From a virus: DNA of 64,000 nt. Within the stretch, counting starts at the first letter, position 1. The number at the start of each line of letters is the position of its first letter. Shown piece by piece: positions 46,839 through 56,249 of this stretch. The DNA lies in IMG/VR virus record IMGVR_UViG_3300038468_000223, positions 32,001-96,000 of that record. The stretch is one strand, 5' to 3'. Under the pieces are notes generated by a model. That model had not been told where the DNA came from. It saw nothing but the letters and a program-made list of their open reading frames with translations, and ran no database searches. A program made the translations under genes and the position numbers.

Positions 46839-48977
46839 ATGAGCGGCTTCGCCCCCGGCGTCGACAGCGCCCGCAAGAACCTGAACGGCGTCACGATCAC
46901 CGAGAAGGCGTTCCCGCAGAACGCCGCGCACGGGGCGAAGTTCAGTCTGGAGGAGGTCGCCGCTCGCATCCTCAAGGGCGGCGCCGATCCGCGGATCCGC
47001 GGGTGGGCAGGCAAGGCGCTCGTCGAGGCGGGCTCGCCGAGCGACCGCCGGGAGCAGGCGCGTGCGGTGCTCAAGAAGCTGCGCTCGCAGACGGTCTACG
47101 TCGCCGATCCCGTCGGCGTCGAGTTCATCGCCGACGCGAAGTACACGCTCTGCCTCGACGAGCTGGGGCTGTGCCTTCCTGGGGCGGATTGCTTTCCGAA
47201 GGGAACGCTCCTGCTTCGCGACGACCTCGAACTCGTTCCGATCGAGGACATCCAGGTCGGCAACAAGATCTGGGGCTTGGACCAGTGGACGACCGTGCAG
47301 GCGAAGGCTTCCAAGGGCATCCTTGCGATCGATGCCCTCTTCTTGAACAACGGCTCGGTCGTCAAGCTCACCGGCGATCATCACGTCTACGTGGGTCGCT
47401 GCGAACAACATGGACATGCCTGTTCGTGCAGATGGTCCGAGCGAAAGGAACAGCGCATCCGCGTCTCCGATCTTCGAGAAGGGGACGTGCTTGCGCAGCC
47501 CGAACGTGTTCCGTTCGGAGAAACCCCCATCTGGCGGCTCGGCGGCGATGAGTGGGCGATCTCACCGAATCGGCTGAAAGAAGATCGTGCGCCCGGTCGA
47601 ATGCTTCGGGTCAAAGGGATCGAACGCGCGGTGATGGAGGTTCCGTGCTTCGACATCCAGACCGAGGACCACCGCGTCTACCTGCCCGAGCACGACGTGA
47701 CGGTGAGCAACTGCGACGATCTCGCGGTGGCCCTCGGCTCCGGACTGCTCGCCCTCGGCATCCCGGTGCAGGTCGTCGCCCAGTCCTTCGACAACTCGGG
47801 CATCCCGTCACACGTCCTCGTCGCCGCCGAGACGAGCCCCGACTACTGGGAGCGCGTCGATCCCTCGTCGCGCACCTACGACGTCGGTCAGTACTACCCC
47901 GCCGCTCGCGAGTGGTGGTTCGACCCTACCGGCGAGATCAAGCTCTCCGACGGCCGGCTGCGCGGCAGGTTCGTCGGCGTCGGGAACCTGCCGGACGTCT
48001 TCCCCGGCTACCCGGGCACCGGGCTCGGGCAGTACGAGAACGTCTCGTTCCAGATCCCCAACATGACGCCCGAGCCGACGGCGAAGCAGAAGGAGGCCGT
48101 CTTCCTCACCGCGACCGAGCAGCTCTACGCCGCCGTCAACGGGCTCGACCTCGCGGTGACCGGACTGGAGAAGGCCGTCGGGCAGCTCGAGAGCGTACGA
48201 CAGGTCCTGCGCCCCAGCGATCCGTTCGACCCCGGTGCGGAGGTGACCAGCGTCTCGCAGTTCCCGCGCGACGGGACGTGGTCGAAGAACATGAGCGCGA
48301 TCTCGCACTGGCTGATCGACACGGGCAAGCGGCTCGTGAAGGCCGGCCGCGAGGCGCTCGCCGGCGGCCGGCGCATCTTCCTCGATCAGAAGACGCAGGA
48401 CGCGTACATCGAGGGCAACGACTCCGACCCCTTCCGCCTCAACACCATCTTCAAGGTGAACGACGCGGTGCTCGCGTTCGTCAACCCACTCGGCGCCGCA
48501 GTCGCCGGGCTCACCGCGAAGGAAGGTCGCGTCCTCTCCAAGGAGGAGACGGAGGCCGAGCTGCTCGCCGCGCGGTCCAGCACGAGCGCGCAGGGCATGC
48601 AGCAAGGGCTCGGCAACCCCATCATCATCGTCGTCGTCGCCGTGGTCGCCGGCGTCATCGTCACCGGCATCGTCGCGATGCTGATCGTCAAGGAGTGGTG
48701 CCACACCGCCGAGGTGACCGCGATCGAGGCCACCAGGCAGGAGATGATGAAGTGTGTCGCCGCCGGCAGGTGCACACCCGACGACGTCATCAAGATGGAA
48801 AAGCAGCAGCACGACAACCGCGTCGCCGAAGAGAAGGCCCGGTCCGAGAGCGACTTCTTCTCCAAGCTGGAGAAGATCGCGATCTACATGGCCGTCGGCG
48901 GCGCCGTCATCGCCGGTGCCTACGTCGCGGCCCCCGTCGTGAAGACCTTCGCCGAGAAGTGGAGCCACCGCACCTGA
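46839..48977 (+). CDS. Transglutaminase-like Cys-His-Asp enzyme (putative maturation protease) with intein and two C-terminal TMs
   Basis: YVADP..VE; spliced GAD-CDDL; SHV; W..VDPS. Confidence 0.82.
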   Translation: MSGFAPGVDSARKNLNGVTITEKAFPQNAAHGAKFSLEEVAARILKGGADPRIRGWAGKALVEAGSPSDRREQARAVLKKLRSQTVYVADPVGVEFIADAKYTLCLDELGLCLPGADCFPKGTLLLRDDLELVPIEDIQVGNKIWGLDQWTTVQAKASKGILAIDALFLNNGSVVKLTGDHHVYVGRCEQHGHACSCRWSERKEQRIRVSDLREGDVLAQPERVPFGETPIWRLGGDEWAISPNRLKEDRAPGRMLRVKGIERAVMEVPCFDIQTEDHRVYLPEHDVTVSNCDDLAVALGSGLLALGIPVQVVAQSFDNSGIPSHVLVAAETSPDYWERVDPSSRTYDVGQYYPAAREWWFDPTGEIKLSDGRLRGRFVGVGNLPDVFPGYPGTGLGQYENVSFQIPNMTPEPTAKQKEAVFLTATEQLYAAVNGLDLAVTGLEKAVGQLESVRQVLRPSDPFDPGAEVTSVSQFPRDGTWSKNMSAISHWLIDTGKRLVKAGREALAGGRRIFLDQKTQDAYIEGNDSDPFRLNTIFKVNDAVLAFVNPLGAAVAGLTAKEGRVLSKEETEAELLAARSSTSAQGMQQGLGNPIIIVVVAVVAGVIVTGIVAMLIVKEWCHTAEVTAIEATRQEMMKCVAAGRCTPDDVIKMEKQQHDNRVAEEKARSESDFFSKLEKIAIYMAVGGAVIAGAYVAAPVVKTFAEKWSHRT
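47190..47711 (+). mobile_element. Mini-intein (174 aa, no homing endonuclease)
   Basis: Starts CFPKGT, block B LTGDHHV, block F CFDIQT..H..Y, ends VSN before +1 Cys; distinct codon usage. Confidence 0.9.
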
Positions 48978-49042
48978 CACACCCAGTGAGCCCTCAACGT
49001 TCGAACGTTGAGGCCTGCACTGGTTGGGTGCAGACTCCTGGT

Positions 49043-49483
49043 GTGATTTACGTCAAGGGGTCGCACATCAAGTTCGAGCTGGTCTCGGGCGAGATCCTCT
49101 CGCTGCCGAAGTCCTTCGGGATCATCCACGATCAGGAGGGCCAGGACATCCCGCGCTGCGAGGTGTACTTCGGTCCGTTCAAGGTGATCGGGCGCGACGC
49201 GGGGCTGACGCCGGCCGCACGAGCATACTTCGGCGACGCCTATCACCCCGATCGGGTGTCGGTTGACCTACCTGAAGGGTCGTGGAATCCTATCTCCGAA
49301 GTGGTGCAGATCTTCTACAGGCGTCCGTCGGGGGTCAGAGTCGCCAAGCACACCGGCAAGTACCACCACCCGTTCAAGAAGGTGGCGAGGCCGACGTTGT
49401 TGAAGGCGGCCCACGAGCGCTTCTACAAGTTCGAGATGACGAGCTTCTGCATCATCGATGACCGAGGGTTCGTCTTTCCGTGA
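49043..49483 (+). CDS. Hypothetical basic protein (start uncertain)
   Basis: Protein-like frame ending in GTGA coupling. Confidence 0.6.
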   Translation: MIYVKGSHIKFELVSGEILSLPKSFGIIHDQEGQDIPRCEVYFGPFKVIGRDAGLTPAARAYFGDAYHPDRVSVDLPEGSWNPISEVVQIFYRRPSGVRVAKHTGKYHHPFKKVARPTLLKAAHERFYKFEMTSFCIIDDRGFVFP

Positions 49484-51525
49484 AGCCCAAGAGCTACGTC
49501 GATGCGATGCGGAAGTTCCGGGGCGTGAGCAAACACGCCGCGGAGGGTCATCGCCGCCTCGTCGGATTGGCAGAGGGATCGACCTCAAATCCGCTGCGGG
49601 TTCCGGCCTCGTACGATCGTCAAGAGGAACTTCAACGATATTTGACCGAGAACTACGAAAGCTGTATCGTCCAGAAAACTGGTGGTGAGAGTGCTGCCGG
49701 TGCGCGCGACAAGACTCACTGCGCTAGGGTCGCGTGGAAGAGGGCTGAAGAGAGCGGGCGGTTTTCGGACTATCCAGCGTTCCACGGAGGAAGCAGGAAC
49801 ATGTCACGTCGCAACCTGAAGCCGCGCGCGCGGCGCCACGATCGGTGGGGTCGCTTCGCCGAGGTGATGGAGAGCAAGGCGCAGCGCAAGGCCGCCCGCA
49901 AGAAGTCGGACAAGGCCGCGCACAAGGCCAAGAAGACGAGCAAGAAGGCCGCTGCCAAGCGCTCCGCGATGCAGGTCAAGGCCTCGAAGACCGCGGCGCA
50001 GGCGGAGAAGTCGTCGGCGATCTCGCGCGGCAAGGCGGAGGCGGCCAAGAAGGCTGCCGCCACCAAGGCGGAGAAGCACGCCAAGCGCGTGGCCGCCGGC
50101 AAGAAGGCGGCCGCCGCCAAGGCGGAGAAGCACGCCAAGCGCGTGGCCGCCGCCAAGAAGGCCGCGGAGACGCGCAAGAAGAACGAAGCCGCGGCTGCCA
50201 AGCCGGCGGCGAAGAACGAAGCCGCGGCTGCCAAGCCGGCGGCGAAAAAGAAGCCGAAGAAGACGGCCGCCAAGAAGCAGGCGAAGAAGGTCAAGAAGGA
50301 GAACAAGGCCATGGCGCTGACCAACAGGCAGAAGGCGGCTCGGAAGGCCGCGAGGACGCGCGAGAAGAACCGGAAGGCCGAGGAGGAGCGCAAGGCGGCG
50401 GCCGCGCGCAAGCGTGCGCGCAAGGCCAAGGGCGGCGCCAAGAAGAGCAAGGGCACCAAGAAGAGCAAGGGCAAGAAGGGCGGCGCCAAGAAGACCGCCA
50501 AGAAGTCGAAGGGCAAGAAGGGCAAGCGCAAGGCCACCGTCGCCACCGTCCCCGGCACGCGCCGCGTGAAGGTCGGCGGGCACTCGCGCCAGGTCCCGAG
50601 CAACATCCGCATCACCATCGGCGCCCCGGTGCACGCCCGCAAGGCGGCCAAGCGTCCGGCCAAGCGCAAGGGCGCGCGCGAGGACCTCGTGCTCGAGTCG
50701 ATGTCGAACCCGATCTCCGAGGAGTACGCGCTCGAGAACCCGATGACGGGCGGCGAGATGTTCCTCGCGGCGGTCACGGGCGGCCTCGGCATCCTCGCCG
50801 CGAGCGGCCTCGATCGCTACCTCGCGACGCGCGACCAGACGCCGGCGCAGGGCCAGCCCGCGCTGACCCCGGCCGAGCAGGTCGCGTCGCCGCCGGGCAT
50901 CCTGCGCGTCCTCGCCCAGGGCGGCATCGCGGCGGCGGCGTTCGTCGGCGCGTACTTCGTCCCGCAACCGATGGGCCGCGCGGCGCTGCAGGGCGCCGGC
51001 CTCGGCGCGTTCTCGCACCTCGTCGGGCAGGCCTTCATGACCTACCTCGTGCCGCGGTTCTTCAAGTCCAACGACACCGCGCGCAAGATGTTCCCCGCCG
51101 AGATCGCGGTCTACGAGCGCCTCAACCCGCCGCAGGCCACGACCACCGGGCAGCAGGGCCTGCCGATGGGCGTCGGCGGGTACCTGCCGCGCCACGGCAT
51201 GGGCGTCGACCCCGCCGCCGCCATGATCGTGCGGCCGCAGAACCTCGACTACATGGGTCCGGCGCTGACGCGCAACCCGGTCGCGCCCCCGGCGCCGGCC
51301 GCGAACGGCGGCGGCGGATGTGGCCCGTGCGGCGGGTGCGGGGACCGCATCGAGCAGGGCGTCCCCAACGCGATCGAGAACGTCGCCAACGCCGCCAACG
51401 CGCCTGCCTCCACGTCCGAGACCCTCTCGAGCGTGATGAGCGCGACGCGCGACGCGGTCTGCAACCCCGGCCTCGCCGGCACGAGCCGCTGGTACAACGC
51501 CGTCACCTTCGCGCCGGAGCACTGA
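49480..51525 (+). CDS. Modular protein: ChaB-like motif, histone-H1-like Lys/Ala region, SNP/ENP, membrane segments, CxxC tail
   Basis: CARVAWKR; AKK-rich repeats about 49860-50680; hydrophobic Gly/Ala segments. Confidence 0.8.
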   Translation: MKPKSYVDAMRKFRGVSKHAAEGHRRLVGLAEGSTSNPLRVPASYDRQEELQRYLTENYESCIVQKTGGESAAGARDKTHCARVAWKRAEESGRFSDYPAFHGGSRNMSRRNLKPRARRHDRWGRFAEVMESKAQRKAARKKSDKAAHKAKKTSKKAAAKRSAMQVKASKTAAQAEKSSAISRGKAEAAKKAAATKAEKHAKRVAAGKKAAAAKAEKHAKRVAAAKKAAETRKKNEAAAAKPAAKNEAAAAKPAAKKKPKKTAAKKQAKKVKKENKAMALTNRQKAARKAARTREKNRKAEEERKAAAARKRARKAKGGAKKSKGTKKSKGKKGGAKKTAKKSKGKKGKRKATVATVPGTRRVKVGGHSRQVPSNIRITIGAPVHARKAAKRPAKRKGAREDLVLESMSNPISEEYALENPMTGGEMFLAAVTGGLGILAASGLDRYLATRDQTPAQGQPALTPAEQVASPPGILRVLAQGGIAAAAFVGAYFVPQPMGRAALQGAGLGAFSHLVGQAFMTYLVPRFFKSNDTARKMFPAEIAVYERLNPPQATTTGQQGLPMGVGGYLPRHGMGVDPAAAMIVRPQNLDYMGPALTRNPVAPPAPAANGGGGCGPCGGCGDRIEQGVPNAIENVANAANAPASTSETLSSVMSATRDAVCNPGLAGTSRWYNAVTFAPEH

Positions 51526-51589
51526 AGGAATTTCCAACGGCTTGCGTCTTGACTGATGTCGGCAGGCCAGAAGGAAGAGGGAACGAAAG

Positions 51590-52924
51590 ATGAACCCGTC
51601 GAACCAGATCAACGTCAAGTCCGCATCGAAGTTCTACCGCGAGATGGGCCTCGGGCAGCCGCCCGACGCCTACGTCTCCGGCCCGCGCACCGCCGACGGC
51701 CAGCTCGCCGGCCCCGTGGGCATCGGCGACATGATGGACGCCGTCAAGAAGGCGCTCGAGGTCAACTTCCTGCAGGTCCCGGTCATCGAGTACGTGGCGT
51801 GGACCACGACCGTGCCGCTGACCGACGCGCAGGTGACCAGCACCTTCGGCGACACCATCAACCCGCTCGGCGGGGCGGCGCAGGTGCCCGGCATCCTGAG
51901 CGTCGACAGCTCGTTCGTCATCAACGGGCTGCTGCAGGTGGACATGATCTGCCTCGGGTTCGGGGTGCACATCTTCGGCGAGCCGCTGGCCTTCACGGTG
52001 CCCGGCAACTCGATCGAGCCGGCGCCGGCGAACGGCACCGCGCCGCTGGTCAGCCCCGACGTGTTCACCCAGAACGACCTCGCCAACGGCGCGCTCGGCG
52101 CCACGAGCGGGATCAACCCCGCCACGATGGAGTGGGGCGTCGCCGACTGGAACGCCGCCTGGCACATGGCCAACGGCTACGAGTTCCAGTGGCTCTACCA
52201 GCAGCGCCACCTGCTCGTGAAGGAGCTGGCCGCCGACGTCTGCTACTTCGGCCCGTACGCCGAGGCGCTCGCCGCCGGCACCAGCGACATCGAGGTGCAG
52301 CAGTACATCCGGCAGGTGAACGACACCTACCGGACCCAGGGCGGCGGCGGCATCTTCGCCCCCATCAACTGGCGCCGCGTCGGGTCGGCCACGGTCAACC
52401 AGAACAACGTCGGCATCTTCCGCGCGACGCGCGACTTCGACCAGGCCAACTGCACCTGGGGCGGCATCCGCAACCAGGGCGCGACCGGCTGCTGCAACCC
52501 GTTCCGGCGCCTGTCGCGCCCGGTCCTCCTCGAGAAGGGCATCCCCATCGGGATGCAGCTCGTGGCCAAGGACCAGTACCACCAGGCGCAGATGCAGCGC
52601 TACCTCTCGATCAGCGAGAGCCAGGGCGGCAACCTCGCGACGGTCGCGTACGACCAGAGCGTCGGCGCCGGTGGCCTCGCGGGCACCGGCGTCTCGCCGG
52701 TCGGCCTCGAGCTGACGCTCGACGCGAACCCGGTCCCCGTGCCGCAGCGGGTCCAGACCAACCGCGTGCTCTACAAGGGCGGCACCATCAAGGTGGCCAT
52801 CCTGATCAAGGGCTACGAGGTGACCGGCGAGTGGAAGCAGCTCGTCGCGAGCTACCCCGGCGTCCTCAACGTCGGGGGCGTTCAGGGCATGAGCGGCGTG
52901 GGAGCGGCGGCCCTGCACCGCTGA
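51590..52924 (+). CDS. Candidate major capsid protein
   Basis: Very strong C/G-ending codon bias, beta-rich, no TM, RBS and downstream terminator; fold not verifiable by eye. Confidence 0.55.
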   Translation: MNPSNQINVKSASKFYREMGLGQPPDAYVSGPRTADGQLAGPVGIGDMMDAVKKALEVNFLQVPVIEYVAWTTTVPLTDAQVTSTFGDTINPLGGAAQVPGILSVDSSFVINGLLQVDMICLGFGVHIFGEPLAFTVPGNSIEPAPANGTAPLVSPDVFTQNDLANGALGATSGINPATMEWGVADWNAAWHMANGYEFQWLYQQRHLLVKELAADVCYFGPYAEALAAGTSDIEVQQYIRQVNDTYRTQGGGGIFAPINWRRVGSATVNQNNVGIFRATRDFDQANCTWGGIRNQGATGCCNPFRRLSRPVLLEKGIPIGMQLVAKDQYHQAQMQRYLSISESQGGNLATVAYDQSVGAGGLAGTGVSPVGLELTLDANPVPVPQRVQTNRVLYKGGTIKVAILIKGYEVTGEWKQLVASYPGVLNVGGVQGMSGVGAAALHR

Positions 52925-52949
52925 TCGAACCGCTCCGCGCTCGTTGAGA

Positions 52950-52992
52950 GGGTGCCGGCGGCCCGAGAGGGGGCACCGGCACCCTTTCTTCT
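52950..52992 (+). terminator. Intrinsic terminator after candidate capsid gene
   Basis: GGGTGCCGG...CCGGCACCC followed by TTTCTT. Confidence 0.75.
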
Positions 52993-53010
52993 AGAGGGAA
53001 AGGAAAGGCC

Positions 53011-53613
53011 ATGGAGCCCACGTCGATCGATCTCCAGCGACTCGCTCTGTACGACCCCATCGCGGCGTACGGGATCTTGCTCGGCCTCAAGCGGGTGCCG
53101 TTCCACATCCCGATCAGTGCCACGTTCTCCTCGTTCACCGTGCCGCAGCAGGCGATCCAGGGCAACCAGACCGTCACGCTCGCGCAGCGGACGTGGATCG
53201 AGAAGATCAACTACAGCCTCGCGCTGCCGAACTGCTTCGCCGGCAACATCTTCAAGCCGCAGTTCGACGCCTACCTCAAGATGCACCCCGGCATCAGCGT
53301 CCAGCTCGCGGTGCTCAGCGGGCCGCGCTACCTCACGTCGCCGGTCTTCGTCGCGCTCGAGAACATGGCCGACATGTTCAACTCGAGCTGGCCGGCCGGC
53401 TGGCCGCTCGACAAGCTGCAGGCGCTGCAGATGACCTTCCAGCTCACGCAGGCGCCCGCGACCGCGCCCAACGTGCCGCCGTACAACGTCGAGGTCGTCT
53501 TCACGTGCTGGCAGTTCCTCGACCAGACGATCGACAACGTCAGCGAGGAGGAGGCGCGCGAGGCGCTCCGCAGGGCCGGGCTCTGCACCCCGCTGGTGTG
53601 CCGAAAGGACTGA
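53011..53613 (+). CDS. Candidate capsid/structural protein (beta-rich)
   Basis: Strong RBS and codon bias. Confidence 0.55.
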   Translation: MEPTSIDLQRLALYDPIAAYGILLGLKRVPFHIPISATFSSFTVPQQAIQGNQTVTLAQRTWIEKINYSLALPNCFAGNIFKPQFDAYLKMHPGISVQLAVLSGPRYLTSPVFVALENMADMFNSSWPAGWPLDKLQALQMTFQLTQAPATAPNVPPYNVEVVFTCWQFLDQTIDNVSEEEAREALRRAGLCTPLVCRKD

Positions 53614-53616
53614 CCG

Positions 53617-54438
53617 ATGCGCGGACGCCGCTTCGAGGTCTCGACGTACGGGTTCGACGCTGATCTGCAGCTCCTCAGCTCGGATCCGTACGGCGGCGCC
53701 GCCTCGCTCGGTCTCGCCGTACCCGCGACGCTGCCCACCGACCCGGCGCAGCGCTACCTCTTCCTCCTCGCGCAAGCGGAGTTCGGGCCGAACGTGAAGG
53801 GGCGCGTCGTCGGCCTGCGGCAGTACCTCGAGATCGGGACCTACGTGGACAACCAGGGCGGCTGCTCGTACCCGCTGTCTCTCGAGGTGACGTCGCCGAG
53901 GTGGCGCTTCATCGACGGCAACGTGTCGTGGCACCTCACGCGGGTCGACCCGACCCTGTACCGCAACGAGCACCCGAACGACGCAGAGGGGCTGCAGTTC
54001 GCCGACTCCACGACGCCGGCGCTGATCTTCCAGGTCCCGCCCGCCGACTACCACGGACCGAACGGCGGCAGACCGTACGGGACCGCCGTCGACCCGCAGC
54101 TCTCGTGCTTCTACGACCTGCGCTACCCGTGGAACAACGACGACGCGCAGTACCTCGACGACGAGTTCGAGGGGCCGTGCCGGATCGCGTTCTGGGCGAG
54201 CGTCCTGCAGACCGACCCGAACGCGCGCTGCACGCTCGCCCTGCCGGGCAACGTCACCACGCTCATGATCCCGCCGGAGGACGCGTTCGTCGTGAACTTC
54301 CCGAACAGCGTCTACACGCGGGTGGCGGGGAGCATCATCTTCGAGACGGAGAACATGATCGAGCTGCCGCGCGATCTCGTCGAGCAGCGCGCCAAGTTCG
54401 ATCGCTGCGGGCGCCCCGATCCGCGGATGCCCAGGTGA
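53617..54438 (+). CDS. Candidate structural protein
   Basis: Operon position; no TM. Confidence 0.55.
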   Translation: MRGRRFEVSTYGFDADLQLLSSDPYGGAASLGLAVPATLPTDPAQRYLFLLAQAEFGPNVKGRVVGLRQYLEIGTYVDNQGGCSYPLSLEVTSPRWRFIDGNVSWHLTRVDPTLYRNEHPNDAEGLQFADSTTPALIFQVPPADYHGPNGGRPYGTAVDPQLSCFYDLRYPWNNDDAQYLDDEFEGPCRIAFWASVLQTDPNARCTLALPGNVTTLMIPPEDAFVVNFPNSVYTRVAGSIIFETENMIELPRDLVEQRAKFDRCGRPDPRMPR

Positions 54439-54455
54439 AAGGGACGAGGGACACC

Positions 54456-55820
54456 ATGACGACCTATCGAGTGGGCATCGGGGAGACTCCGGAGAGCATC
54501 GCGCGGCGGTTCGGCGGCACGACGAAGGCGCTGCTGAACGCGAACCCGCAGGCTCACCGCGTGCGCGACGGCAAGATGACCTTCCTGGGCTTCGGGGCGG
54601 GGCAGCAGATCAAGCTGCCGGCGCAGTGGAGCCGCCGACGCCAGGGCCCCGGCGCCCCCTCCTTCAAGGTGGTCGCCGGCGGGGTCTTCGTCGACCCGCA
54701 GATCGCGCTGGCGGTGTGCCAGGGCGGGTGGAGCGGCGTGCCCTCGAGCTGGCCGTCTGCGATCACACAGCAAGCTGTCCTGATCAACGGTCAGGCGAGC
54801 ACCGGCGACATCAACTACGTCTACTACGACGGCAAGCTCTACGAGTTCACCTCGGGTGGCGGCAACACGTGGATCAGCCGCGTGTGCTCGAGCCCCGTCG
54901 CCTCCAAGATCCCCGGCGCGGGGCAGCAGATCAAGCTGCCGGCGCAGTGGAGCCGCCGACGCCAGGGCCTCGGCGCCCCCTCCTTCAAGGTGGTCGCCGG
55001 CGGGGTCTTCGTCGACCCGCAGATCGCGCTGGCGGTGTGCCAGGGCGGGTGGAGCGGCGTGCCCTCGAGCTGGCCGTCGCCCATGACCGACCAGGCCCGC
55101 GCCATCAACGGGCAGGCCTCGGACGGCGACATCAACTACGTCTACTACGACGGCAAGCTCTACGAGTTCACCAGCCGCTCCGGCGGCGGCTTCTCCATGA
55201 ACACGTGGATCAGCCGCGTGTGCTCGAGCCCCGTCGCCTCCAAGATCCCCGGCGTCGTCCTCTCCAGCACCGGGCCCAACCCCACCACCCCAGTGACCCC
55301 CGTCGTTCTGCCAGTCAACTACAAGATCCCCGGCTCGACGACCACGCCGACGACGACGACCTCCCCTTCGTCGTCGAACGCGGTGCCGATCGCGATCGGC
55401 ATCGCGGCGCTCGCCGCGGGCGTCGGGCTCGCGTACCTCGTCTCTAGGAAGAAGAAGGAAGAGGAGATGGGGGTGGTCCCGGCGACGGTGCCGGCGACGG
55501 AGGAGTGCGGAGCCTGCGCCGAGTCGTACGAGAACCCGGTGCTGACGTTGCAATGGAGTCGTGCCACCGGAAGTGACAACGTGTGGCGCGGCACCGGAAG
55601 GGTGAGTGCTACGACATACGTATACGTTGTCACGGAATGGCAGGGTGGGTTCTATGTGACACGGTACGACGATGAGTACGACGATGAGTACCCAGTGGGT
55701 ACGCGTTTCGCGAGTTTGGTGGCGGCGCAACAAGCGGCCGAAGCCGATTTTCAGCATCTGCGTCGCAGGGTCGCGGCCATAAAGGGAGCCCATGCTCGAC
55801 GCGCAGCTCGTCGTCACTGA
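54456..55820 (+). CDS. LysM protein with duplicated domain, TM, YENP and C-terminal module
   Basis: YRVGIGETPESIARRFG..LLNANP..GQQIKLP. Confidence 0.85.
   Translation: MTTYRVGIGETPESIARRFGGTTKALLNANPQAHRVRDGKMTFLGFGAGQQIKLPAQWSRRRQGPGAPSFKVVAGGVFVDPQIALAVCQGGWSGVPSSWPSAITQQAVLINGQASTGDINYVYYDGKLYEFTSGGGNTWISRVCSSPVASKIPGAGQQIKLPAQWSRRRQGLGAPSFKVVAGGVFVDPQIALAVCQGGWSGVPSSWPSPMTDQARAINGQASDGDINYVYYDGKLYEFTSRSGGGFSMNTWISRVCSSPVASKIPGVVLSSTGPNPTTPVTPVVLPVNYKIPGSTTTPTTTTSPSSSNAVPIAIGIAALAAGVGLAYLVSRKKKEEEMGVVPATVPATEECGACAESYENPVLTLQWSRATGSDNVWRGTGRVSATTYVYVVTEWQGGFYVTRYDDEYDDEYPVGTRFASLVAAQQAAEADFQHLRRRVAAIKGAHARRAARRH
54597..55253 (+). repeat. In-frame tandem duplication (321 bp plus 336 bp)
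   Basis: 54597-54917 nearly identical to 54918-55253. Confidence 0.95.
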
Positions 55821-55832
55821 AGGAGATCCATC

Positions 55833-56246
55833 ATGGCCGATACCGTCGTCGTTCAGCCGCCGCAGAAGGAGAGCAGCGCGATCCCCTTCATCCTCGTCGG
55901 GGTCGCCGGGGCCGTCGCCGGCGCGTTCCTCTACGCGATGGCGATGAAGAAGCGCCACACGTCGCTCCTCGGCTTCGAGCCCGTACTCGAGGAGCGCCGC
56001 CACGCCAAGCGGCTCACCGCCGCGCAGCGCCGGAACCTCCCGCGCTCGGCGTTCGCGCTGCCCGACCGCGATCCGCCGGACCTCCCGCTCGACAAGTGCA
56101 GCCGCGTCGCGAACGCGCCCGCGCGGCTCTCGATGATGAGGCACAAGCATCACGTGACCAAGCGCGAGTACCAACAGGCCGCGCGCCGCATCCTGCACGC
56201 CTCGCGCCGGTGCGGCATCCACAGCCAGTTCGAAGGGCGGTTCTGA
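55833..56246 (+). CDS. Single-TM protein with DUF6582-like module
   Basis: LTAAQRRNLPRSAFALP..LPL..VANA.AR. Confidence 0.7.
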   Translation: MADTVVVQPPQKESSAIPFILVGVAGAVAGAFLYAMAMKKRHTSLLGFEPVLEERRHAKRLTAAQRRNLPRSAFALPDRDPPDLPLDKCSRVANAPARLSMMRHKHHVTKREYQQAARRILHASRRCGIHSQFEGRF

Positions 56247-56249
56247 GTC

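Noticed and set aside
47190-47711. Homing endonuclease in the intein
   Set aside because: Only 174 aa; no LAGLIDADG or HNH motifs
54597-55253. Diversity-generating retroelement TR/VR pair
   Set aside because: Differences are not adenine-specific and include an indel; both copies are coding; no reverse transcriptase in the window
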